A stretch of 64,000 nt of DNA from an uncultured Gammaproteobacteria bacterium (lineage in GTDB: Bacteria; Patescibacteriota; Microgenomatia; UBA1406; HO2-37-13b), in assembly GCA_964413645.1 (NCBI GenBank), contig CAYPSA010000004.1, positions 25,765-89,764 of the forward strand, read 5' to 3'. The notes under the pieces are model-generated. The model was not told the origin of the DNA, made no database searches, and was given only the letters and a program-made list of their open reading frames with translations. This document shows positions 26,424 to 34,795 of the stretch, piece after piece. The position numbers were made by a program, and so were the translations under genes. Position 1 is the first letter of the stretch, and every line of letters starts with the position of its first letter.

Positions 26424-27077
26424 ATGACTATTCGAAAACCAACAAGCCCCGTAAAATCATCTACACAAGACTTCATCGAAATCGAAGCGGTATTTGAAGA
26501 TGTGGTTATGATGAAAGATTATTCGTGCGCCATTTTAATAGAGGCAGGAACAACAAACTTCGGCCTCCTTTCAGAAGAAGAGCAACAGGCATTAATATAC
26601 TCTTATGCTTCGCTATTAAATTCTCTATCATTCCCTGTTCAAATTTCAATCATTTCCAAACGAATGGATATTTCATCGTACCTGAGCTACTTAGAAGAAA
26701 AATTGGAGTCTCAAAAAGATGAAACGCTTCGCAAGCGACTAATAACATACACGGAGTTCATTAAAAACATGGTGAAAAAAAGTACAATTTTGGAAAAGAA
26801 CTTTTATTTTGTAATTCCATTCTCCCCGCTTGAGCTTGGACTTTCATCAAATACAAAGAGGAAGCTAGAAAAAGACTATGTATTTACCCGAGCAAAAACA
26901 GCGCTATATCCCAAGCGCGATCATTTATTGCGACTGTTAAAAAAAGCGGGTCTTGGAGGAAGGGCATTGTATGAGCAAGAAGTTTCTGAGATTTTTTATA
27001 ACCTATACAATCCTTCAGCGACTGGCCGAAAACTTTCTGCAATTAAAAGTTACACCGACATTATTTTAACGTCATGA
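26424..27077 (+). CDS. VirB4/TrbE-type N-terminal domain encoded as a separate ORF
   Basis: TQDFIEIEAVFEDVVMMKDYSCAILIEAGTTNFGLLSEEEQQALIYSYASLLNSLSFPVQISIISKRMD follows the pattern of the N-terminal region of Gram-positive VirB4 homologues. Overlaps the next ORF by ATGA. Confidence 0.55.
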   Translation: MTIRKPTSPVKSSTQDFIEIEAVFEDVVMMKDYSCAILIEAGTTNFGLLSEEEQQALIYSYASLLNSLSFPVQISIISKRMDISSYLSYLEEKLESQKDETLRKRLITYTEFIKNMVKKSTILEKNFYFVIPFSPLELGLSSNTKRKLEKDYVFTRAKTALYPKRDHLLRLLKKAGLGGRALYEQEVSEIFYNLYNPSATGRKLSAIKSYTDIILTS

Positions 27078-28780
27078 AAAACTTAGCGAGTACGTTATTA
27101 ATGCCAGGAGCCGTGTCGCTTAAAGATATTGTTGCGCCTTCATTTGTAGAGGTCGATTTTAACAATATTAAAATTGATGAAAAGTTTTATCGAACGCTAT
27201 TCGTTGTCGGTTACCCTCGATTCGTGGCTCCAAACTGGCTCTCATCGCTCATAGCTTTTGATCACCCACTTTATGTTTCCATGTTCATTTATCCAAATGA
27301 GTCCAAAGATATCTTGAAAGACTTGCGTAGAAAAGTCGCTGAAATGGAAGCAACCATTGATTCAGATATTAAGGCTGGGAAAGTTGTAGATCCTTCCGTT
27401 CAGGTAGCGCTTGATGATGCACTTATGCTTCAAAATGAACTTGCCGCCGGAAGTGAGCGCTTTTTTCAGTTCGGGTTGTATGTAACAATTCCAGCCGACA
27501 CCAAGATCGAACTTGATCGAATTACTAAGGAAGTTGAATCTTCTCTGTCGTCGCTCCTTATTGTCGCAAAAACCGCCACGCTTGAAATGGAAGAAGGATT
27601 CAAATCTACTCTACCTTTGTTCTTAGATAAATTGCGTATTTGGAGAAATATGGACACTACATCACTCGCTACGTCGTTTCCGTTTGTAACTTCAAGCCTT
27701 ACTCAAAACGAAGGAATTATGTATGGGGTAAATGAGCACGATGGTAGTTTGGTAATTTTTGATCGGTTCTCACTTGAAAGTGCAAACTCTATTATCTTGG
27801 GAAAGTCAGGAGGAGGAAAAAGCTTTTTGGTTAAATTAGAAGCACTTCGCTTACTCCTTATGGGAACTGACGTTATTATTATCGATCCAGAAAACGAGTA
27901 TGAAAAGCTAACCACAGCCGTAGGCGGTGAATTTGCTTCATTTTCAATCTCATCGACATTCAAAATCAATCCATTCGACCTTGGCAGCGATGATCAAGAG
28001 CCCGATGAGCTAGCAAACAAAATTCAAAGCCTCCATTCACTTATGCGTGTAGTAATGGGCGATCTTACGCCTGCACAAGACGCACTTTTAGATCGTTCGC
28101 TCGTTACTACCTATGCTCAGAAGGGAATAACGCAAGACGTCACCACCCACAAAAAGGAACCACCTCTTATGGAAGATCTTTATAAAGTTCTTTTGGGAAC
28201 CGAAACTGCCGAAGGCGCAGAATTAGCTGCTCGTCTAGAGAAATTCATTAAAGGGTCTGCGAGTGGAATTTTTAATCAGCAATCAAATTTTGATATTAAG
28301 AATAAATTTACCGTGTTTGGTGTGCGTGATTTAGAAGAGAACCTTCGACCGATTGCCATGTATATTATTCTTGATTTCGTATGGAGTAGAATTCGAAAAG
28401 ACAAAAGAAAGAGAGTACTCGTTGTTGACGAGGCATGGTACCTTATAAAACACAAAGACTCTGCAGCATTCTTATTTAGTCTCGCCAAACGTGCGCGAAA
28501 ATATCAACTCGGACTCACTACCATTACTCAAGACGTGGAGGATTTCTTGAGCGTTGAAGAGGGTCGGGCTATATTGACTAACTCAAGCCTTCAAATACTG
28601 TTAAAACAAAGCACAGCAGCAATAGACCGGGTCGCAGATACTTTCAACCTAACCGCCGGAGAAAAACACTTTTTACTATCTGGTGGCGTAGGAGAAGGTC
28701 TCTTTTTTGCAGGATCTTCGCATGTAGGTATTAAAATCTTAGCTTCCGAAGAAGAAAATGCAACAATTTCGCAATCGTAG
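27074..28780 (+). CDS. virB4: VirB4-like T4SS ATPase (middle and ATPase domains)
   Basis: Walker A GKSGGGKSFLVK, Walker B VLVVDEAWYL, and TTITQDVEDF. The N-terminal YRTLFVVGYPRFVAPNWLSSL is typical of VirB4. Confidence 0.8.
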   Translation: MKNLASTLLMPGAVSLKDIVAPSFVEVDFNNIKIDEKFYRTLFVVGYPRFVAPNWLSSLIAFDHPLYVSMFIYPNESKDILKDLRRKVAEMEATIDSDIKAGKVVDPSVQVALDDALMLQNELAAGSERFFQFGLYVTIPADTKIELDRITKEVESSLSSLLIVAKTATLEMEEGFKSTLPLFLDKLRIWRNMDTTSLATSFPFVTSSLTQNEGIMYGVNEHDGSLVIFDRFSLESANSIILGKSGGGKSFLVKLEALRLLLMGTDVIIIDPENEYEKLTTAVGGEFASFSISSTFKINPFDLGSDDQEPDELANKIQSLHSLMRVVMGDLTPAQDALLDRSLVTTYAQKGITQDVTTHKKEPPLMEDLYKVLLGTETAEGAELAARLEKFIKGSASGIFNQQSNFDIKNKFTVFGVRDLEENLRPIAMYIILDFVWSRIRKDKRKRVLVVDEAWYLIKHKDSAAFLFSLAKRARKYQLGLTTITQDVEDFLSVEEGRAILTNSSLQILLKQSTAAIDRVADTFNLTAGEKHFLLSGGVGEGLFFAGSSHVGIKILASEEENATISQS

Positions 28781-29881
28781 CTATTCTGTTTCCTCGATCC
28801 GAATAGGCATTACAATGTGAATAAAGTCATTATTTCCCTCGATCTTAAACACCCCAGGAGCCGTTGGTGACGAAGATTCAAAAATCACCGATTCGGTATC
28901 GATAGCATTTAGAAACTCTAAAATAAATCTAAAATTAAATGCAACCCGCGTGTCTTCACCCTCATATGTTTGAATGTCCTGAAATATCACGGTCCCATCA
29001 CGTTCTACCCCACGTGGAACCAAATGCATTCCAGCTTTTTTAATCTCCAAAATTGCTGTGCTTGAAATATCGCGAGCAAATACCGAAACAAGTTTCACGT
29101 TTCGTAAAAATTCTTCTCGATTTACAATAATCCTCGTACGATGTTCCTGGGGAATTACGCGCGCAAATGGAGGGAATTCACCGTCAATAAGGCGTGAAAA
29201 AATCGTTGTGTCACCGTTTACAAACTTTACAAATTTTTCAGTCTCAGAAATTACTAATGAGAGCTGTTTTTTTCCAAACAATCTTAATACTTCTTCCAAG
29301 ATCGAGGCAGAAATTGTAAATGCAGCAAATTCTCCTTCGTGCTTGCCCGAAACGAGTGATAGTCTAAATCCATCGGTAGCAGATATATAGAGTGTGTTTG
29401 CTTTGCATGAAAAATTAACACCCGTCAAAATCGGTCGGGCTAGATCTTTAGAAGCTGCAAGTAATACAAGCGGGAGATCTTTAAGCATTTTCTCTTTAAA
29501 TTCAATTGCTTCTCCTTCAAATGCTGGTAGTGCTGGATAGTCGGTGGCAGAAATTACGGGGAATGTTCCCTTTGTTTTATCGGTTTCAATAAGTACGGTA
29601 CTCGCCGTTGATGAAAGAGTAACATCGCCGGGTTTCAAATAACTTAGAAAATCCACGATGTGTCGGATATCACAAACACCTTCTCCTTCTTCAATTACCG
29701 TCGCTTTAATCTTTGTATAAAAGAAGTCGTTTAGATTTGTAGCAATGATTTCGATATGTCCATCCTTTACTCTGAGCAATCCTCCTTGTAATGAAGATAG
29801 TGATGATGTTCGAGATACACAAAACTTTGTTGCAGTTACCAACGCATCCTTTAATTGTGTGTTTGGAATGGTTACTTTCAT
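28781..29881 (-). CDS. dnaN: DNA polymerase III beta sliding clamp
   Basis: 366 aa three-domain clamp pattern, immediately downstream of dnaA. Confidence 0.9.
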   Translation of the reverse strand: MKVTIPNTQLKDALVTATKFCVSRTSSLSSLQGGLLRVKDGHIEIIATNLNDFFYTKIKATVIEEGEGVCDIRHIVDFLSYLKPGDVTLSSTASTVLIETDKTKGTFPVISATDYPALPAFEGEAIEFKEKMLKDLPLVLLAASKDLARPILTGVNFSCKANTLYISATDGFRLSLVSGKHEGEFAAFTISASILEEVLRLFGKKQLSLVISETEKFVKFVNGDTTIFSRLIDGEFPPFARVIPQEHRTRIIVNREEFLRNVKLVSVFARDISSTAILEIKKAGMHLVPRGVERDGTVIFQDIQTYEGEDTRVAFNFRFILEFLNAIDTESVIFESSSPTAPGVFKIEGNNDFIHIVMPIRIEETE

Positions 29882-30009
29882 CGTATATATTAATTAGTTC
29901 TAGTAGTGTGTGTGCATAAGTTTATAACGCCCATTTTAATAATGCAATAGACCGATACAGCAATTAAATAATCTCAAATTCCTATGTGGACTTCGTCTGA
30001 ATACTTTGT
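29882..30009. other. AT-rich dnaA-dnaN intergenic region with DnaA-box-like sites (possible second oriC half)
   Basis: tgtgcataa (29911-29919) has 1 mismatch to TGTGGATAA. tgtggactt (29985-29993) is weaker. The flanks are AT-rich. Confidence 0.4.
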
Positions 30010-31344
30010 TCATAGCGCAAGCGATTGGGTTATCCTGTCAATCTCTTCCTTAAAATTTGGGTTTTTAAGCATGAGGTTTGTTATCTTGTCGGAGGCATGA
30101 ATTACGGTTGTGTGGTCTTTTCTTTTAAGCATGTATGCTACGTCTTCAAGATTGAGTTTTAAATGATTTCGCAAGATGTACATTACAATCTGGCGCGGTA
30201 ATACAATGCTTTCCTTGCGTCCAGGTTTTTTTAATACCGCTGGACTCACATTATAATAGGCACACACCACTCGGATTACATCTTGAGGAGTTACTTTCGA
30301 AGCTTGTTTTGCATTGTGTTTGTCGATATCCTTCCCCACAGAGTCGGGAGTGATTACTCCCCCATGGTCTAAAGAGTTGGTATAAATTCGTAATAATTGT
30401 CCTTCCAATTCACGGGCGTCGGCTGTTTTTTGGGCGATCAGACTTGCTGTTTGGAAGTCGATATCAATATTTCGCGCCTTTGCCTTGATTAAAAGAATGG
30501 CTGTACGAAGCTCAAAATCGGGCTTTTGAATATCGATTGCAAGTCCTCCGGCAAAGCGCGACTTTAATCGATCTTCAAGCTTCTTGATTTCACCTGGGGG
30601 CCGGTCGGACACTAAGATTATCTGTCCACCCTTCTTAATAATCGTATTAAAAGTATGATAAAACTCCTCTTGCACATAATTTTTCCCGGCTAGAAACTGC
30701 ACATCGTCAACTATTAGCAAGTCAAGCTCGCGATATTTCTTTCGGAATTCGTTTGTGCTCTTTTCACGTATAAGCTCGACTAAGTCGTTGGTGAACTCTT
30801 CGGAAGTACAGAACAATACTTTCTTGGTTGGATTTACTTCTAATATGCTATGTGCAATTGCTTGTGAAATATGTGTTTTGCCTACCCCTACCCCACCGTA
30901 GATAAAGAGTGGATTGTATGAGGTCCCTGGATTTCGACTTACGGCTGTTGCGGCAGCATAGGCTATTTGGTTGCTTGACGAAACTGCAAAGCTCTCGAAT
31001 GTAAACTGGGGTAATAGTCCCGCATCGGCTACGCTTGTTTCTTTGGCCTTTTCAAATACCGCCAGCGGAAGCGGTTCGGCTTCCTTCTTTTTTATTCGAG
31101 CACCTGCTTTAAATTCAAATCGTATTGTTATTGGAGTGCCCGCTACCGCCGTTAGGAGCTCTTCAAGCCGCGCCTTTTGCTTTTCAAGGTACATATGCAC
31201 TCCTTCATTAGGGTAATTGATAGTAAAAACCCCTTCTTCCAACGATTCTGGCGAAGCTTGTTTTACTACCTGTAAGAACGTAGAAGAATCGGGAAGATTT
31301 TGAATTGTTGTTAAGAGTTTGTCCCAGGAAGCCAAAACTGTCAT
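30010..31344 (-). CDS. dnaA: chromosomal replication initiator DnaA
   Basis: Walker A GGVGVGKTHISQA, box VII/VIII region, and a C-terminal DNA-binding domain (HTTVIHA). The start at 31344 (MTVLASW) is preferred because the longer track ORF translates through the DnaA boxes. Confidence 0.95.
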   Translation of the reverse strand: MTVLASWDKLLTTIQNLPDSSTFLQVVKQASPESLEEGVFTINYPNEGVHMYLEKQKARLEELLTAVAGTPITIRFEFKAGARIKKKEAEPLPLAVFEKAKETSVADAGLLPQFTFESFAVSSSNQIAYAAATAVSRNPGTSYNPLFIYGGVGVGKTHISQAIAHSILEVNPTKKVLFCTSEEFTNDLVELIREKSTNEFRKKYRELDLLIVDDVQFLAGKNYVQEEFYHTFNTIIKKGGQIILVSDRPPGEIKKLEDRLKSRFAGGLAIDIQKPDFELRTAILLIKAKARNIDIDFQTASLIAQKTADARELEGQLLRIYTNSLDHGGVITPDSVGKDIDKHNAKQASKVTPQDVIRVVCAYYNVSPAVLKKPGRKESIVLPRQIVMYILRNHLKLNLEDVAYMLKRKDHTTVIHASDKITNLMLKNPNFKEEIDRITQSLAL

Positions 31345-31351
31345 AATAAAT

Positions 31352-31370
31352 TGTGGATAACTTATCCACA
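31352..31370. promoter_or_regulatory. two perfect DnaA boxes in inverted orientation
   Basis: tgtggataa (31352-31360) and ttatccaca (31362-31370), 8 nt upstream of the dnaA start. An A/T-rich stretch follows. Confidence 0.85.
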
Positions 31371-31474
31371 GATAATAAACAATAAAAACGGGGTTTTCAA
31401 CGAGAAGAAGACTATAGGAGGTGAAGTTTGGGAGGTATCTTTTCAAGGAAGAGTAGAGAGAAAGGAGGAGGTGG

Positions 31475-31500
31475 ATTGTGGACCGGAGGGGACTTGAACC
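31475..31500. repeat. direct repeat copy, a displaced 3' fragment of tRNA-Ala (attgtggaccggaggggacttgaacc)
   Basis: Perfect 26-bp identity with 32433-32458, which covers the T-arm 3' half, the acceptor 3' strand and 4 nt downstream of the intact tRNA-Ala. Confidence 0.95.
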
Positions 31501-32432
31501 GCCTCCAATTACTCCTTTGTAAGAATATTCTGGGGTTTCCCAGAAACAAAGGTCTCAATATTTTGAACTGCTATTTCAGCACCATTCATTACTGCTTGCT
31601 TTGACGAAAATGCGATATGAGGAGTTACTAATATTTTAGGATTTGAAAGTGCTTTTTGATAAAATTCATTTGTTGTATCTCCAAACTTTTCTGGATCACA
31701 GTCTATGGCTGCTCCTGCAATAATATTATTTTCAATTGATTTTATAAGACCCCCCAGATCATATGTGTATTGTCTGACGAAAGTTATGTAGTAGGCACCT
31801 TTTTTAAGCGACATAAAAAAATTCTCATCCAACAAGTTCTTACTTGAAGTATTGCAATTCAAAGAGTTAATTATTAAATCGGAATCAGCAGATCTATCGT
31901 GTAAATCATCATCTCGCTCAAAAAAGTCGACCCGCATTCCAAAAGCTTCGCAGAGAAGAGCGATTTTCGTACCAATACTACCTTTTCCAATAATCAACAC
32001 TTTTTTGTCGACTAAACTTTCTTGAAGTTCAACGGGAAAATTCTCATTCACTCTAACCATAGGAATAAACTTCCGGAAAAGTGATAGTGTCATAAACATT
32101 ACCCACTCTATAATCGAGGATCTATTTCCTCCCTGGGAGTTTGCTATTAATACTCCGCTCTTCTCTAATTCCTTTGTATTAAACAGACCAAGCTCAACGT
32201 ACGGATAGGTAATAAAAACGTTTCTAAGAGAAGACAGGCTATCAAGCAAGAATGCACCGTCGCTATATAGTATATCTGAGCTTGCGGCCTGTTTTATTAG
32301 TTCGTCAGAAGATGAGGGGCTTGGTAAATATTTAACTTCACCAAGTATTTGCAGGCGTGCTTTTTGCTTATCATCTAAATTTCCCCCAAAGACAACAATT
32401 TTTCTCATAATAGTTATTTAGAGATAAACATA
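31501..32432. mobile_element. putative integrase-less single-gene insertion at the tRNA-Ala 3' end
   Basis: 932 bp between the two 26-bp repeat copies, containing only the 2-hydroxyacid dehydrogenase gene. Confidence 0.5.
31509..32408 (-). CDS. D-isomer-specific 2-hydroxyacid dehydrogenase family protein
   Basis: NAD-binding VLIIGKGSIGTKIALLCEAFGMRV and catalytic-region ...AAIDCD...LVTPHIAFSS. Confidence 0.75.
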   Translation of the reverse strand: MRKIVVFGGNLDDKQKARLQILGEVKYLPSPSSSDELIKQAASSDILYSDGAFLLDSLSSLRNVFITYPYVELGLFNTKELEKSGVLIANSQGGNRSSIIEWVMFMTLSLFRKFIPMVRVNENFPVELQESLVDKKVLIIGKGSIGTKIALLCEAFGMRVDFFERDDDLHDRSADSDLIINSLNCNTSSKNLLDENFFMSLKKGAYYITFVRQYTYDLGGLIKSIENNIIAGAAIDCDPEKFGDTTNEFYQKALSNPKILVTPHIAFSSKQAVMNGAEIAVQNIETFVSGKPQNILTKE

Positions 32433-32436
32433 ATTG

Positions 32437-32510
32437 TGGACCGGAGGGGACTTGAACCCCTGACCCCTTCACTGCCAGCGAAGTGCTCTAGCCAACTGAG
32501 CTACCGGCCC
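32437..32510 (-). tRNA. tRNA-Ala (anticodon GGC)
   Basis: Revcomp is GGGCCGGUAGCUCAGUUGGCUAGAGCACUUCGCUGGCAGUGAAGGGGUCAGGGGUUCAAGUCCCCUCCGGUCCA. It has the G3:U70 identity pair and anticodon loop CUGGCAG. No encoded CCA. Confidence 0.9.
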
Positions 32511-32542
32511 AACAGGCTTATTATACCAAGTAGAAATACTAT

Positions 32543-32731
32543 TTAATAAGGAGCTGGATCGATTGGAGTAGAATGTGGTTCTACTTTCGGACCGGTCCCT
32601 GGTGTGGGGGAACCATATGGCTCGGGCCCGTCGGGAGTTGGGGTGGGCGTGGATCGAGGAAAATCAAAGGGACTTGGTCTTGTGTCATCTGGTGGTCCTG
32701 GAATTCGGTCTTTTTGATATTCGTTTGGCAT
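32543..32731 (-). CDS. possible small proline-rich protein
   Basis: 62 aa, about one third Pro (PGPPDDTRPSPFDFPRSTPTPTPDGPEPYGSPTPGTGP). Locally high G+C. No good promoter or SD seen, so it could be non-coding. Confidence 0.3.
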   Translation of the reverse strand: MPNEYQKDRIPGPPDDTRPSPFDFPRSTPTPTPDGPEPYGSPTPGTGPKVEPHSTPIDPAPY

Positions 32732-32770
32732 ATTTTATATCAAATTTAAATATTTACATTATGGTGATTT

Positions 32771-32962
32771 TTATTCTCCCTCAAATACTATCGTGGCAAC
32801 TTCCAAGGCTTCGACAGTTGCGCCATTAACTAGATTTTTTAGGGGAATTTCTGAAGCTCGAGCCTGCTCTCTAACCAAGAGCTCTCCATGAATAAGTCCC
32901 GCGTCAATTGGCCAATCTTCTCTATCTCCGGTAGTGAGAGGAGTATTTTCACAACGTGCCAT
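32771..32962 (-). CDS. small hypothetical protein translationally coupled to the DsbB-like gene
   Basis: The ATG at 32962 overlaps the upstream stop (TAATG). 63 aa, MARCENTPLTTGDREDWPIDAG... Confidence 0.4.
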   Translation of the reverse strand: MARCENTPLTTGDREDWPIDAGLIHGELLVREQARASEIPLKNLVNGATVEALEVATIVFEGE

Positions 32963-33381
32963 TAATTTTTTCCTTCCTTCCACACAACCGCCATACTCAC
33001 GACAATTATTACAAATGCAACTAAACTCATAAATGGAATAGTAACAAACCCAAAATACTCAATATATCGACTGGTACATGAAATTCCTTGTACGCATGGG
33101 GCGAGGTTGTCGGGTATGACTTTCATCTGTAATAAATAGTGGAACAATGCAATTACTCCTCCAACACCACTCAATACAAGAGTATACAGCGGCATGTTTT
33201 TATCTTTTTTTACAATTCCAATACCAATAATAAGCACAAGCGGATACATAAAAATGCGCTGATACCAACACAAAACACATGGCGGGAGTTTAAGGATTTC
33301 ACTAAAAAACAAACTTCCGAAGGTTGCGAAAAAAGAAGTTGCCCAGGCAAGTAATACTGCGTTTTTTTTAAGTAGGCTCAT
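32962..33381 (-). CDS. dsbB: disulfide bond formation protein B (BdbC/DsbB-like)
   Basis: 139 aa with 4 TM helices, a CVLCWYQR motif in TM1 and a second Cys pair (APCVQGISC). Confidence 0.7.
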   Translation of the reverse strand: MSLLKKNAVLLAWATSFFATFGSLFFSEILKLPPCVLCWYQRIFMYPLVLIIGIGIVKKDKNMPLYTLVLSGVGGVIALFHYLLQMKVIPDNLAPCVQGISCTSRYIEYFGFVTIPFMSLVAFVIIVVSMAVVWKEGKN

Positions 33382-34547
33382 TATTGTACATGGAGGTAGT
33401 AGCTAATGATTCCTCCCCCATGGTCCACGTATTTTATCTTAATAGTTGAAGATCCGCAACTCTGAGATGTTGAATAGAGCGTTCCATCGGCTGGTGCGCG
33501 AATTACATCGGACGACTTACTTATCATATCGATACCTGTGTGGATTCCACCACTGTATGAATATCGATACGACCACGGTGTTTGTCCGTAATTTTGTGTA
33601 ATAACAATAGGGTCAGTAAGTGGCCAATCCCAACTTCCCCCACCCGGGGAACTATCGTTACCTTCTTGGTCATTATGCAGAGAATGAGAGCTTAAGAAAT
33701 TGAGTGGACTTGTCCAACTTCCTCCTTGTCGAACTTCAAAATGCAAATGTGCACCCGTAGAGCAGCTTGGATATCCCGTGTTCCCTACCAATGCAATTGG
33801 ATCACCCTTTTTTACCGGACCAACCAGACTTCCTGTTCCAACAGCTCGTTCAATAGCCTGGAACTCAGCAAGCGCCTGAGCAAGAAGTTGCTCGTATTTT
33901 TTTTGATCATTTCCTGTTTGGCTTAAAATTGACTGTTTTTCGGTTTTTTGGACGCCTAAAACCTTCTTCTGTGAATTCAGATCGATCTCAAGTTGTTCGA
34001 GTTGTTTCTTTTTTTCTTCTCTCAAATTCTTTTGCTCTTCAAAATTTTGTTTTGTTTGTTGGAGTCTAAACGCCAAGCGCCTATCGCTATTTTGAGCGAC
34101 GTCAAGGTATTTGATTTTGTTTCCTAAAACTCCTGCGCTTTGAGAATCAAGAACAATGTCTAAGGCCGTGACGTCTTTGTTTTTGTACGATTCGACGATT
34201 TTTTCAAGCAACACACGGGTTAAGTAATCAAGAGAAGAGTTTAGTCCGGTGATTTTATCGCCTAAACTATCAATCTCTGATGCAGTCTTTTCAATTGTAT
34301 ATTCTGTGGTTTTAATTTTTGTCGTGGTAAGCGATATTTTTGCATCCATCAGGCCAATTTGCGTCGAAAGTGTTTTCTTTTGATCTTGTAGTTGGGTAAT
34401 TTTTTTCTCATAATCCCTAATTTGATTAGTACATTCGTCTTTATTTGAACATTGGGCATAAGAACCGCTGGCCGTAACGAGAGAATAAATTACTACAAAA
34501 AAAGAAAGAATAAAAAGTCCCCTCTTTTGAGTAAATATCATGCGCAT
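33381..34547 (-). CDS. secreted coiled-coil protein with M23 metallopeptidase domain(s)
   Basis: Signal-like N-terminus and a long coiled coil. M23 motifs GNTGYPSCSTGAHLHFEV, plus a second GIHTGIDM...YYLHVQ region. The start at 34547 is preferred (TACAAT 6 nt upstream); the track start is 34574. Confidence 0.75.
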   Translation of the reverse strand: MRMIFTQKRGLFILSFFVVIYSLVTASGSYAQCSNKDECTNQIRDYEKKITQLQDQKKTLSTQIGLMDAKISLTTTKIKTTEYTIEKTASEIDSLGDKITGLNSSLDYLTRVLLEKIVESYKNKDVTALDIVLDSQSAGVLGNKIKYLDVAQNSDRRLAFRLQQTKQNFEEQKNLREEKKKQLEQLEIDLNSQKKVLGVQKTEKQSILSQTGNDQKKYEQLLAQALAEFQAIERAVGTGSLVGPVKKGDPIALVGNTGYPSCSTGAHLHFEVRQGGSWTSPLNFLSSHSLHNDQEGNDSSPGGGSWDWPLTDPIVITQNYGQTPWSYRYSYSGGIHTGIDMISKSSDVIRAPADGTLYSTSQSCGSSTIKIKYVDHGGGIISYYLHVQ

Positions 34548-34593
34548 ATATTTATTGTAGCAGATTACAGCCATCCTGTCTTCGTAAAGTTTA

Positions 34594-34665
34594 GCAACCT
34601 TCCAGGTTGTCTAGGCACTGTCCACCCTCCAGGTTGTCTAGGCATAGGCAAGCCCGCAGGTTGCC
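34594..34665. repeat. three tandem ~27-bp units of the hairpin-repeat family
   Basis: gcaaccttccaggttgtctaggca / ccaccctccaggttgtctaggca / gcaagcccgcaggttgcc. ccaggttgtctaggca is repeated exactly at 34602 and 34629. Confidence 0.9.
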
Positions 34666-34795
34666 AAGTTAATTACGAGCCCTGGGTCCGCCGTCTGGCG
34701 GATCGTAGAGAGTTTTGCGGGTATTATGCGGTAAATATGCGGGAAATAAGATTATTTTACTCATTTTATGTGATTTATGCCTTATAATAGGCCGT

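Noticed and set aside
31345-31446. Extended dnaA N-terminus (MKRYLPNF...YLWISYPQFI) from the ORF track
   Set aside because: This stretch is the translation of the two perfect DnaA boxes and A/T-rich origin DNA. The conserved DnaA N-terminus starts at MTVLASW (31344).
34594-34665. Possible CRISPR array
   Set aside because: There are only three adjacent ~27-bp units with no unique spacers between them and no cas genes nearby. The units belong to the dispersed CAACCT...AGGTTG hairpin family.
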